From positions 224,001 through 288,000 of the forward strand of contig CAVYLP010000004.1 of NCBI GenBank assembly GCA_963769425.1: a stretch of 64,000 nucleotides of DNA, given 5' to 3'. The DNA is from Candidatus Bathyarchaeota archaeon. GTDB taxonomy: Archaea; Thermoproteota; Bathyarchaeia; TCS64. The notes beneath the pieces are model-generated. The model did not search any database. It saw only the letters and a list, made by a program, of their open reading frames with translations, and had not been told where the DNA came from. This document shows positions 1 to 10,185 of the stretch, piece by piece (position 1 is the first letter of the stretch; the number at the start of each line of letters is the position of its first letter). Position numbers and translations under genes: made by a program.

Positions 1-821
1 TGCGCCATCACGTGGCCGCCCGTCGGCTTGTTCGGGTCACCGTAGGAGGTGTCCGGCTTGGCCTGCACCTGGTTCGTCAGGACGACGGCGAGGCTGAATG
101 CCTCCGCTACTCTGAGGAGGCCGGCGAGGCAGGAACCAATCTTCTGCTGGCGGTCGCTCAGGGTGCCCCTGCCGATGAACTCGCCGCGGAAGTGGCCGAT
201 CATCGAGTCGACTATGACGAGCTTTACGTTGTGCTCCTGCACCACCTGGGGGAGGTTCTTGATGAGTATGGTCTGGTGTTCACTGTTGAAGGCGCGTGCG
301 ACGAGGACGTTCTGGAGGATGGTGTTCGCGTCGTAGCCGCGTGCCTCAGCGATCTGCTTGATGCGCTCGGGGAGGAAGGTGCCCTCCGTGTCGATGACGC
401 ATACCTTGCCGCCGAAGCCACCCTGGTCGACCGGCTGCTGGGCGAGTACGCTGAGGGTGAAGCATATCTGGGTCTTGCCGGAGCCGAATTCGCCGATGAG
501 CTCGGTGATGGCGTCCGTCTCTATGCCCCCGCCGAGTATCTTGTTGAGGTCGGGGCTGCCCGTGTTGCACTTGAGCATCTTCATTCTCTTTTCGAGGACT
601 TGCGTGGCGGGGATGAAGCCGAGGTCTACTTTGCTGCGTGCGAGTTGCATGACCTTCTGGGCGGTGTCGGCGCCCATGCCTGTGAGCTCCTCTATCTCCC
701 TGCTGGGGGTGACGGCTATGGATTCGTAGGTGCTGAGGCCGGCTTTCCTCAGCTTCGCCATGGTGGCGCTTGATACGCCCTCTAGTTCTATCTGGTCGCT
801 CTTCTCGACGTCCTCGGCCAT
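1..821 (-). CDS. radA: DNA repair and recombination protein RadA (3' end lies outside the window)
   Basis: Manual minus-strand translation from ATG at 821 (absent from the ORF track): N-terminal HhH-like region, LGGGIET, Walker A GEFGSGKTQIC, IDTEGTFLPERI, VARAFNSEHQ. Confidence 0.95.
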   Translation of the reverse strand, partial: MAEDVEKSDQIELEGVSSATMAKLRKAGLSTYESIAVTPSREIEELTGMGADTAQKVMQLARSKVDLGFIPATQVLEKRMKMLKCNTGSPDLNKILGGGIETDAITELIGEFGSGKTQICFTLSVLAQQPVDQGGFGGKVCVIDTEGTFLPERIKQIAEARGYDANTILQNVLVARAFNSEHQTILIKNLPQVVQEHNVKLVIVDSMIGHFRGEFIGRGTLSDRQQKIGSCLAGLLRVAEAFSLAVVLTNQVQAKPDTSYGDPNKPTGGHVMA

Positions 822-900
822 CTTGATCGATTCGGTTGGGTCCACTATCACTTATAACGCGTGCGCACATGTTGCGATGGGGGAGTCGGGTGAAAGTGGG

Positions 901-1698
901 TCAGGCGGAGAGGAACCCGCCGTCGACGGGAAGCAGTACCCCGGTGACGTAGCTTGAGAGGTCGCAGGCGAGGAACAGCGCGGCCCTCGCGACCTCGTCG
1001 GGGTCCCCTACGCGACCCATGGGGAGCCGAGCCATGAAGTCGTATCCCGTCTTGGCGAGGCCGATGTTGCCCTTGAAGAATTCGGTGGCGGCCCCCTTCG
1101 TGCCGGGTGTGACTATGCCGCCGGGGAGGAGGGCGTTTATGCGGAAGCCCTTGTCCCCGAAGTCCCGGGCGAGGCCACGGGTGAGCCCGATGACCCCCGC
1201 CTTCGATGCATCGTAGTGGACCATCCCCCTCTTGAAGGGAAGTATGGCCTCGATGCTTCCAACGTTTATGATGACTCCCCCCTTCTTCCTCCTCGCCTCG
1301 ATCATGCGCTGACACATCCAGAGTACGGCCTCGAGGTTGATGGCGTAGACCTTCTGGAAGAAGGCCTCGTCGATGTCGAGGAAGTCGCAGAAGGGGTAGA
1401 TACCAGCGTTGTTGACGAGTGTGTCCGGCTCGGAGCCCTTGAGGGTGTTCCATAGGGCGTCTATCTCGGGCTTCTTGGAGAGGTCGACCTTGTTCGTCGT
1501 CACGTCGACCCCCCACTCTGCGAGTTCACCCGCCGTCTCCTTCAGCTTTTTCTCGTCCACGTCGACGAGTACGAGGTCAGCGCCTGCCTCTGCGAAGCGG
1601 TCCGCCATAGCCTTGCCTATGCCCGCGGCGGAGCCTGTGATAAGGGCACGACGCCCCTTCAATGAGATGAGTTCGCCGAGTGGTTTGTTTGATCCCAT
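901..1698 (-). CDS. SDR family oxidoreductase
   Basis: TGSAAGIG Rossmann motif, NNAG, catalytic YDASK, C-terminal VDGG. Confidence 0.92.
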   Translation of the reverse strand: MGSNKPLGELISLKGRRALITGSAAGIGKAMADRFAEAGADLVLVDVDEKKLKETAGELAEWGVDVTTNKVDLSKKPEIDALWNTLKGSEPDTLVNNAGIYPFCDFLDIDEAFFQKVYAINLEAVLWMCQRMIEARRKKGGVIINVGSIEAILPFKRGMVHYDASKAGVIGLTRGLARDFGDKGFRINALLPGGIVTPGTKGAATEFFKGNIGLAKTGYDFMARLPMGRVGDPDEVARAALFLACDLSSYVTGVLLPVDGGFLSA

Positions 1699-1796
1699 CG
1701 TTGCACCAACCCCCGAATGTTCAGATGCACCTTTAACGTTTCCCGCCTTGCCGCGCAAATGATATCAGCCCAACGGCGGACTCCTACTGGATCGAT

Positions 1797-2999
1797 TTGG
1801 TCGACGTAAATGTCCTTAAGGAATCCGCGAAGAAGGAGGTTGACTCCCAGAGGAAGCGCCTCACGGAGATCGCGAAGTGGATGTACGAGAACCCGGAGCT
1901 GGGCTCCGAGGAGTTCAAGATCTACGCCCTCCTGACGGCGGAGCTTGAGAAGCAGGGGGCGAAGGTGGAGAAGGAACTGCTGGGTATACCCACGGCGTTC
2001 AGCGCCTCGTGGAAGGGGAAGAGGAAGGGGCCGAAGATCGCGGTGCTCGCGGAGTACGACGCCCTCCCCGGCGTCGGGCACGGCTGCGGTCACAACCTCA
2101 TCGCTGCATCCGCCATAGGATCAGGCATCGCCGCTGCGAGGGCAGCCAAGGACCTACCCGGGGAGATCATGGTAGTCGGTACCCCCGCTGAGGAGGGGAG
2201 GGGGCCGAGCGCGGGAAGCAAGGTCATCATGGCGAACAAGGGGTTCTGGGACGATGTCGACGCTGCGATTATGCTGCACCCAGCGACCCACTACGGCGTC
2301 GGGGGGAAGGCGCTAGGTATCTGGCAGCTGAAGATGGAGTTCAAGGGGCAGACGAGCCACGCAGCTGCTTCCCCAGAGAAAGGGATCAACGCACTCAATG
2401 CCGCCACCCTCGCCTACATGGCAACTCACATGCTGAGGCAGGAGGCGCGCCGCGACGCGAATCTAGTCATCCACGGTATAATCACCGAGGGTGGCATGGC
2501 CAGCAACATCATCCCAGATAGGGCTGTCTGCGAGTTCGGCGTCCGCAGCAGCGACGAGAAGTACCTCGTCACCATGGTGGACAAGGTTGAGAAGTGCGCT
2601 GAGGGCGCCGCCATCGCCACGGGGGCTCAGGTCACGGTGACCAAGCACAAGCTCTACAGCAGCATGAAGCCCAACATCCCACTCATCAAGGTCCTCTACC
2701 AGAACTACGTCGACCAGGGAGTCAAGGTGGACGACTGGCAGGAGACGCAGGCTGGGATACCCATGGCCTCGACTGACTTCGGGGACGTGAGTCAGAGGTG
2801 CCCCTCAACTGGCAGCTACATCGGCATAGGCCCTGAGAATACACCAGGCCATAGCAAGCAGCTCGCCGACTGCACCATGACGAAGGATGGGCTCGACGCG
2901 ATGGTTATCGGGACGAAAGCGCTAGCCATGACGATGGTTGAGCTACTCGCGAAGCCTGAGCTGCTCAAGGAGGCACGGGACTACTTCCAGTCCCATTAG
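1797..2999 (+). CDS. M20 family amidohydrolase (Acy1-like)
   Basis: NPELGSEE, AEYDALP, GHGCGHN, TPAEEG, HAAASP, ASTDFG motifs. Confidence 0.92.
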   Translation: MVDVNVLKESAKKEVDSQRKRLTEIAKWMYENPELGSEEFKIYALLTAELEKQGAKVEKELLGIPTAFSASWKGKRKGPKIAVLAEYDALPGVGHGCGHNLIAASAIGSGIAAARAAKDLPGEIMVVGTPAEEGRGPSAGSKVIMANKGFWDDVDAAIMLHPATHYGVGGKALGIWQLKMEFKGQTSHAAASPEKGINALNAATLAYMATHMLRQEARRDANLVIHGIITEGGMASNIIPDRAVCEFGVRSSDEKYLVTMVDKVEKCAEGAAIATGAQVTVTKHKLYSSMKPNIPLIKVLYQNYVDQGVKVDDWQETQAGIPMASTDFGDVSQRCPSTGSYIGIGPENTPGHSKQLADCTMTKDGLDAMVIGTKALAMTMVELLAKPELLKEARDYFQSH

Positions 3000-4000
3000 G
3001 GTCCTCTTTTTTCACCGTGTCGTGGTCGGGTATGTCCCTCTCGACGTTTCTGATGGTCTTGATGGCTAACGCGCTCACCGATATGACGGCCCCTATTAGC
3101 CCGAGAAAGACAAAGAGTAATCCAATGCCCGCGCCGGGCCCGGTGCCGACGAGCCACCCGAAGGCGCCGTAGAGTGCGCCCCCCGGCATCATTGAGGGGG
3201 TCATAACCCTATCGGCGAGTGGGCCGGCTACAACCATCGCGACGGGGGCGGAGATCTGGGCTATGAGGGCGCGCGTGGCGAAGACCCTCCCCTGGACCTC
3301 CGGCGGCACCTTCGACTGCCAGATGGCCTGGTTCGACGCGTTCGTCGCCGGGCCGAATATCATCGTGACGAAGGCGCCGACCATCCAGACAATCGGCATC
3401 TGTCCCATCCCCAGGATAGTCATACCGAAGAGGCTGCTGCCGACCATCCCGAGGAGGACGCCGTAGACCCGCCTCTTCGGCCCACCCCAGACGCTCATGA
3501 TCAACCCACCCACAACGCCGCCGACGCCGAATGCTGCCTGAACCGCGCCAGTGATCACGGTATCGTTTCCGGTCCTCAAGCATCAGCATCGGCGTCAGGA
3601 CGGTGAAGGCGAAGCCCATGACGAGGTTGGAGGCGAAGAAGCTGAGCTGCAGCCCAAGCAGTCCACGCCTCTTGGCTATGTACCCGAATCCGAAGACGGC
3701 GTCCTTCATGATGCTCTTCTTCTCCTCCGTCCTCTGCGGCTGGGGGATGACGAGCACTAGGAGAATGCTCACGGCTGCGAGGAAGGTCACGATGTCGATT
3801 GTCAGGATGCCGGCGATCCCGATGACTCCGAGGAGTATCCCAGCGGCGGCGGGGGCGATTATGTTCGAGATGGAGTCGGCGAGGCTGAGCATTCCGCTCG
3901 CCCTCGCGTAGTCCTTCTTGTCCACCATGAGGGAGATCGAGGCGCTGTACGCTGGCCACTGGAACGACTGGAAGATGCCCGTGAACGTCTCAGATCGCAT
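2965..4000 (-). pseudogene. MFS transporter (DHA3-like), 5'-truncated and frameshifted near 3580
   Basis: FQWPAYSASISLMV..YARASG, then WQSKVPPEVQGRVFA in a second frame. The N-terminal helices are missing and the upstream sequence is the end of the neighbouring gene. Confidence 0.75.
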
Positions 4001-4023
4001 AAGAAAAAACTGTTTGTAGCCTT

Positions 4024-5959
4024 TTACTTTAGGGGTATGACCTTCAGTTCTGAAAGGTCGCTGAGGCTGTTGATCTTGATCATCGCCCCGGAAATTGTGT
4101 ATAGGTTGTCACCGATGTAGAGGCTCCTGTATACGCTGTTCTCGGAGGAGAACCAGTAGCCGCTCTTCAGCAGGTCGTCTCCCTGTATGTGGGTAATTCT
4201 ACCCCGGAGCTGGATTCCCTCGGTACTGATCTGGAAGACGTAGGCACCCTGGTAGACGAACTCAGCCGTAAGCGCTGGAGGAGACGCTCCCCGAGTAGTC
4301 GGTAGCATCTACTTTCGCCTCTAGTATCGGGATGACGAGGAGGTTCTTCTCCTTGCTGAAGAGGAAGGCCTTGTGGTCGGTGAGGGCGGGAGAATCGGAG
4401 CCTCTATCACCGATCTCGAGTTTGGCAACCTCACGTGGATTCGAGACGTCGCTCACGTCGAAGAGGCTAAGTTTGATCCCCTGGTAGTAAGCGAAATTGC
4501 CCCCCTCCGCGTCAATAGCCTCCTTACCTAGCCCGATGACGTGGGTCTCGTCGTAGGGGTGGAGGTAGTTGCTGTAGCCGGGTATCTTGAGTTGACCTAA
4601 CACCTTCGGGGCTGTTGGGACAGATAGGTCGATTACGAAGAGTGGGTCAACCTTCTTGAACGTGACTAGGTAGAGGCGGTCCCCCATGAAGCGAGTGCTA
4701 TAGATCTGCTCACCACTCGCGAGGTCCTCGAGTGTTCCAACCACCTTGAGGTTTGTGTCGAGAACGTAGACGTTATTCTTGGAGCTGCTGACGCCCCAGG
4801 CGTATCCGGTTGTTGTGGCTATCCTAAAGTATCCGTTATTCTCATCCATGCTGAACTGGTTGAGGACCCATCCGGGGACGCTGCCGTCCGCAACTCCCTC
4901 GACGCTCCCTCCGTTAAGCCTGATCTTGTGGATGCCCGTCGAGGATTCACCGGGCGAGGTAAGGTAGAGGTACTCGGCGCTGCAGTAGATGGTGCTGCTT
5001 GAGCCGAGGAGGAACGTCTTTGACGACGCGGGGGTGGACGGGTTCTTCGCGTCTATGGCCGCGACAGTTGTGTAGGTATATCCGGTGTCTGTGCCATTGT
5101 AGTAGTAGACGCGGGTAGCAGGGACGGTGTAGTTCTTTCCGTTCTCCCTGTAGCTGGGGAGGGAGACGTTGTCCTCCATAACCCACGCTCCTTTCTGGGT
5201 GACTAGGTACACGTAGTCTCCGATCATCCTAGTCGCCACATAGTTCCCCTCAGCCTCGTAGGTCCTCTCAAGGACCGGGTTAGCCCTATCCGATACATCG
5301 TAGAAGTAGACGACTGTGTCGCTGCTGACAGGCATCGGCATGAATGTCGCCTTCGAGGCGGGGGCTACACCTGATGGCCACCTCATGAGCGTCGGATAGC
5401 CTAGGGTGAACACCACCAGCTTGTCACCGGAAATGAAGAGGTCGCTCACAGTGACGTTGAAGGCGATCTTAGCAACGACCTTCGCCTCCTCCGCTGGATA
5501 TGCCTGTACGATGTAGACTGTAGAGTCCTTTGAGAGGTAGATGAATGAGCCGTCAGTCTTAACTACATCAGCCTCATCTACGCCCGCCACCTGAATGTTC
5601 GTGGTTGAGTATCCTGTCTCAGCATCGGCCGATACCTGAGCCGCCGTCGCCGCAAGGCTTGCGGCTGTAGCAGCTGCAGTTGGAGCATTAGAAATTGTAA
5701 ACCCAATTCCTGGGATGAGTGAATTGACTGTTCCGCCGAAGGATCTTCCTGCTAACTCGATTAATGTTGGGGCGCTCGACTTCGCCTTCTCGTTCAGGAA
5801 CCAGACAAGCTCAGCCTCCGACCTGAATGTGTTGAAGCCACTAGAGTCACTCTTGAGGGTGAAGGGTGACACGCTGAAGCTGCTGGCTGCCCCTAGTAGA
5901 AGGCTCCCGCAGACTATCCCAAGGACCGCGTAGGATAACAACAGTACCTTACCGGACAT
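4024..5959 (-). CDS. Secreted beta-propeller domain protein (frameshift near 4262-4300)
   Basis: Signal anchor; YSTTNIQVAGVDEADVVKTDG, NQFSMDE, RFMGDRLYLVTFKKVDPLFVIDL, LKIPGYSNYLHP; C-terminus continues in ORF 4024-4308. Confidence 0.88.
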
Positions 5960-6087
5960 TTTTCATCTGATCTAATTGGTTCGGGAGCGGGCTTAATCCT
6001 AGGCATTAGAACGATGAGCACTCCTCGTTCTAAGTCGTGGAACAGGCGGGGAAACCGTTAAGGGGGTAGCTGCGTTCCATGCCAACT

Positions 6088-6384
6088 ATGCGACTCCTGC
6101 TCGTCGTCTCAACCCTCGGAAAGCTCCGCGACGTGGAGGGGCTTAGTAAGGCCGCAGCGAGGGCGGGCCACGACGTAACCGTCTTCTTCAACGAGGAGTC
6201 TGTCCAGCTGCTCAAGGACCCGAGTCCCGTCGAGTACCTCTACGCCGACCTGCTGGCTTGCAGGGCCAGCGCCGTCGAGTACCAAATTACGAAGGAGAAC
6301 ATGGCCGTCAACGCGAGGATGAGCAGCCTCGCCGAGCTGGTTGACCAGCTCGAAGGGAACGACAAGGTGGTGTTCATAGGTTGA
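6088..6384 (+). CDS. DsrE/TusD-like sulfur-relay protein
   Basis: GHDVTVFFNEESV, Cys in LLACRASA, SSLAELVDQLEGNDKVVFI ending typical of the DsrE fold. Confidence 0.7.
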   Translation: MRLLLVVSTLGKLRDVEGLSKAAARAGHDVTVFFNEESVQLLKDPSPVEYLYADLLACRASAVEYQITKENMAVNARMSSLAELVDQLEGNDKVVFIG

Positions 6385-6728
6385 GCGAGGAGACGACGTT
6401 CATCTTCAGGAGCAAGGTGGAGCCGGGGAGCAGGTTCTGGGAGGGGCTCCGCCTCAGCGCCGCCTTCGTCGGAATGGACCACATCCCCCTCATAGTCTTC
6501 ATGGACGACGCCGTCCCCGGCCTACTCCCCAACGCCCTCCCTCTCCGCCAGCTATGGGATTACCTAAAAACGACAGCCGACCTCGCCGGCATCAACGTCC
6601 TAGACACGGATATGGAGGAGGTTCATCTAACACTCGCCGACCTAGACCCTCAATTAAACATCAAGATGATCACACTTGACGAGCTTGCCGAAAGGGTCGC
6701 TGAGAATAAAGTGGTGGCGATCTTCTAG
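6381..6728 (+). CDS. DsrF/TusC-like protein
   Basis: EGLRLSAA, VFMDDAV; overlaps the previous gene by 4 bp. Confidence 0.65.
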   Translation: MSEETTFIFRSKVEPGSRFWEGLRLSAAFVGMDHIPLIVFMDDAVPGLLPNALPLRQLWDYLKTTADLAGINVLDTDMEEVHLTLADLDPQLNIKMITLDELAERVAENKVVAIF

Positions 6729-6740
6729 GAGGATGACTGG

Positions 6741-7016
6741 ATGATAATTTTGCTTCAGGTCGGGACGCAGGAGTACGGGGAAGTCTTCAGAATAGCACGC
6801 AGGGTGGCAGCGCAGGGCAAGAAGATGCTCATCCTCTTCACGGGTGACGGCTGCCGCTTAGTCGAGGACCCGAATATGGCCGAGAGCCTCAACTTCGCCA
6901 GACTCTTCGCGTTGAAAGAGGACGTGCGGAAACCCGCAGAGGGTGTCGAGGTCATCGACTACGACGGCTGGGTGAAGCTTCTAGAATACTGCAACAAGAC
7001 GGCCTGCTGGACCTAG
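6741..7016 (+). CDS. DsrH/TusB-like protein
   Basis: LFALKEDV..VEVIDYDGWVKLL..W C-terminal signature. Confidence 0.72.
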   Translation: MIILLQVGTQEYGEVFRIARRVAAQGKKMLILFTGDGCRLVEDPNMAESLNFARLFALKEDVRKPAEGVEVIDYDGWVKLLEYCNKTACWT

Positions 7017-7237
7017 ACCCACCAGATCCAGCCGCGTCTCTCCTTCGACATCTCCCCGTGGATGGCTCCGCTGAGACGCAGCTTGTTCAGGAACACCGCC
7101 GTAGAGTCAGGGCATCGGACGAGCCTCTTCTGAGTCTCCATCTGAACCTCCCTCGTGGTGAGAGGATGACCAGCATCCCTCAGCAGCTGGAGTATGAGCT
7201 GGTCCGCCTCCTCCCCCTTGAGGACTCTGTTCTCCAT
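7013..7237 (-). CDS. Small winged-helix protein
   Basis: ILQLLRDAGHPLTTREV..FLNKLRLSGAIHGE..GWIWW pattern. Confidence 0.6.
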   Translation of the reverse strand: MENRVLKGEEADQLILQLLRDAGHPLTTREVQMETQKRLVRCPDSTAVFLNKLRLSGAIHGEMSKERRGWIWWV

Positions 7238-7707
7238 GCATGAATCCCCTTAACGGCTCCTATTATCTACATCGTTGCCCTCGAGACTTTGATCAAGTCG
7301 ACACACGTATCAATTGGAAAACGTCTAAGACAATCCATACTGCCAAATAAATGTATATGATAGGTTGATCTTCCGTCATTCTTTATATAAAAAATATACC
7401 CCATTTTCAATCTGAAAATAACTGGATCGAATAAATTCCCCAATCCTCCCGCCTCTTTATTCAGTGAACGGAGCAAGAAGGACGATGATGGAAGGAAGGT
7501 AATTTCTGGCAGGGAAATACCTATAGAAGGGGCTCAACATCCCCCTAACCTCTTCGGACCTGTATTACGAATCTGTTAGATCCGATGTGAGCAATTTTTT
7601 TTCAAATATGACTAGCTACTGACGCAAAAGGGGATTGAAAACAGCTCCTTTTCAACATGCTAAACTTTCCAAAAATTTTATAATAAATCTGCATCTAAAA
7701 AACTATC

Positions 7708-8298
7708 ATGCCCGTAAATATTATCCAAACCCTAGCCACGCACCGAAAAACGAGCAGGAAGTTCAAACCAGACAAGCCTCCAATCAGTGATATTTTATAC
7801 GCCTTAGAAACTGCCCGTCAAGCCCCATCAGGTAGTAACCTCCAGCCCACAGTCTACATTCTAATCGATGACCCAAGCGTCAAAGCCAAGGTACGAGGAG
7901 CCTCGGAAGAGGGTGAGAAGAGATTCTATGAGAATTTACCCGAGGATCGTAAACGCTGGTACACTGAAAAGGGCCTTAGTTGGCGGAAGCCGAACCTGGA
8001 GGAAGCTCCTTTTCTAGTAGTTGTAGTGGCCGACTCATCTAAGGCTAATTATTTCGCTAGTGCATGGGTCGCAGTTGCATACATGATGCTGGCTCTCGAG
8101 GAGAAAGGATTATCAACAGTTACATACACACCCTCGAATCCGACTCTGGTAGCTAATGCTTTGACACTACCTAAGGGTGAACAGGTTATCACCATCCTCC
8201 CAATTGGTTACGACGCGGACCCCAAGTTAAAGGAGCCTAGGAAGCCATTATCTGAAATTATTAAGCATAATCGATTTGATACCCCACTTACACTGTGA
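7708..8298 (+). CDS. Nitroreductase family protein
   Basis: RKTSRKF, ARQAPSGSNLQP, LPIGY. Confidence 0.9.
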   Translation: MPVNIIQTLATHRKTSRKFKPDKPPISDILYALETARQAPSGSNLQPTVYILIDDPSVKAKVRGASEEGEKRFYENLPEDRKRWYTEKGLSWRKPNLEEAPFLVVVVADSSKANYFASAWVAVAYMMLALEEKGLSTVTYTPSNPTLVANALTLPKGEQVITILPIGYDADPKLKEPRKPLSEIIKHNRFDTPLTL

Positions 8299-8363
8299 GG
8301 GCCTAGGTCTAAACCTTACACTTTTATCCTGAATATTGTAATTCCTAGGCGAGGGACCTAGGT

Positions 8364-9440
8364 TTGAAGCTGTTCACGGTGGGCCCCGTGGCTTGTTACC
8401 CAGTCGTCCTCAAGGCGATGGGGGAGCAGATGTACAGCCACAGGAGTGCCGAGTATAAGAAGCTCCACTACGACACGGTGGAGCGCCTCCAAGCTTACAT
8501 CGAGACGAAGAACCCCATCTACCTCTTCAGCGCGACGGGGACGGGTTTCATGGAGGCCGCGGTGAGGAACTGCGTTAGGGAGAATCTGATCGTCTGTGTG
8601 AACGGCGACTTCGGGAAGCGATTCGCCGACGTCGCCAAGGCGAATGGTAGGGGAGCAGTGATCGTGGAGCCCCCGATGGGGGAGCCCGTCACACCGGCCC
8701 AGTTGGAGGATGCGCTCCGCAGCCACCCTGAGGCTGAGGCCGTTGCCATCACCCACAATGAGACGAGCGCTGGCCTCATCAACCCCCTGAAGGACCTATG
8801 CGCCGTCGCAAAGAAGTACGACAAGCTCATCTTCGTCGACGCCGTCAGCAGCATGGGCGGTACCGAGCTCAAGGTCGACGACTGGGGAATCGACATCTGC
8901 TTCAGCAGCAGCCAGAAGTGCTTCGGCGTCCCACCGGGCCTCGGCATAGGCTCGGTGAGCAAGAAGTGCCTAGACATCGCGGAGAAGATTCCGAACAGGG
9001 GCTACTACTTTGACCTCCTCCTCTGGCAGAAGGACCACGAGAGGGGACAGGGTACCCCCGTCACCTCCGTGATCCCCCAGATCGCAGGCCTAAACGCGGC
9101 GCTCCGGATGGTTGAGGAGAAGGGCGGTAAGCAGTGGTACTTCAACCTCTACAAGAGGAGGAACACGAGGATACGGCGCGCCGTTAAGAGGCTTGGTTCA
9201 CCAGTCTACCCGAAGAGGGGCGCGGAGAGCCCGACGGTGAGCTGCGTGAAGGCGCCGAAGGGCGTCCCGGGACCCAAGGTCTACGAGGCCATGAGGTCGA
9301 AGGGATTCGAGCTTGCTCAGGGCTATGGTGCACTGAAGGAAACAACCTATCGTATAGGTAACATGGGCTACATACCCAGCCTTAGCGTGACTCAGATGCT
9401 CGACGCCCTCAAAGAGGTCTACGAGGAGATAACCCTGTAG
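8364..9440 (+). CDS. Class V PLP aminotransferase (alanine-glyoxylate/serine-pyruvate family)
   Basis: LFTVGP, HNETSAG, VDAVSS, SSQKCF (PLP Lys), RIGNMG. Confidence 0.92.
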   Translation: MKLFTVGPVACYPVVLKAMGEQMYSHRSAEYKKLHYDTVERLQAYIETKNPIYLFSATGTGFMEAAVRNCVRENLIVCVNGDFGKRFADVAKANGRGAVIVEPPMGEPVTPAQLEDALRSHPEAEAVAITHNETSAGLINPLKDLCAVAKKYDKLIFVDAVSSMGGTELKVDDWGIDICFSSSQKCFGVPPGLGIGSVSKKCLDIAEKIPNRGYYFDLLLWQKDHERGQGTPVTSVIPQIAGLNAALRMVEEKGGKQWYFNLYKRRNTRIRRAVKRLGSPVYPKRGAESPTVSCVKAPKGVPGPKVYEAMRSKGFELAQGYGALKETTYRIGNMGYIPSLSVTQMLDALKEVYEEITL

Positions 9441-9444
9441 CCCC

Positions 9445-9807
9445 CTATTTTTTGAAGTAGTCCGCTATCTCCGGCCTCGTCAGGAAGTAAATGACGATGG
9501 CGTAGACGAAGACCTTTGTCAACGCCTGCACGGGGGACGCGGGCTCGATGTCTAGTGTTATGAAGAGTTCGAGGAACCCGATTGCTATCTCCCAACCCGA
9601 GAGCACTATCATGCCGAGTCTCCCCCAACTGCGCCCACTCCAGAGCCCGTAAGCAATAGCGAAACCCGCGATCGAGGTGACGACGTAATAGGCTGTCGCG
9701 TACAAGGGTGCACCCCCCACGTAGTAACCGTACACTATGACGACGTTGATTATGCTCTGGATGAAGAAGAAGGAGGCGAGGAGAGTTACTCCGAAGGGCC
9801 TATCCAT
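9445..9807 (-). CDS. Small 4-TM membrane protein
   Basis: RPFGVTLLA.., AYGLWSGRSWG, YFLTRPEIADYF; hydrophobic segments. Confidence 0.7.
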   Translation of the reverse strand: MDRPFGVTLLASFFFIQSIINVVIVYGYYVGGAPLYATAYYVVTSIAGFAIAYGLWSGRSWGRLGMIVLSGWEIAIGFLELFITLDIEPASPVQALTKVFVYAIVIYFLTRPEIADYFKK

Positions 9808-9915
9808 GTACGATAGCCTGTGAAACGAGGTTAAATCCTTGACCCTCATAGGAGCTAGGAATTAAGCTACGGTTTTTGGATACCCTGCAAATAACTTTTT
9901 TCCGTGACCAGAGAC

Positions 9916-10185
9916 TCAGCGCCTTTGGAAGCCTATTAGCTCACCCTTTGCGGGTGCTTTCACAATGGTTACACCGTCGACTAGTGCTCCATATGGTCCT
10001 ACGTGACACCATTCGAGGAACTCCTCCATGTGCCCCTCTTGACCTTCAGCGATGATCTCTACAGAACCGTCGGGGAGATTCCTCACCCAACCAACAAGGC
10101 CGAGGCGGTCGGCAACCCTCTTGGCGTTGGCCCTGAAACCGACGCCCTGAACGTGGCCCGAGATGGTTACGTGTGCGGAGATCAC
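9916..10185 (-). CDS. acyP: Acylphosphatase
   Basis: SGHVQGVGFR, GWVRNLPDGSVE. Confidence 0.95.
   Translation of the reverse strand: MISAHVTISGHVQGVGFRANAKRVADRLGLVGWVRNLPDGSVEIIAEGQEGHMEEFLEWCHVGPYGALVDGVTIVKAPAKGELIGFQRR

Noticed and set aside
12-773. 253-aa plus-strand ORF
   Set aside because: Antisense shadow of radA; the same applies to many long overlapping ORFs such as 52928-54121 and 38996-39745.
7608-7656. GGGGATTGAAAAC resembling a CRISPR repeat end
   Set aside because: Single copy, no repeat-spacer periodicity and no cas genes in the window.
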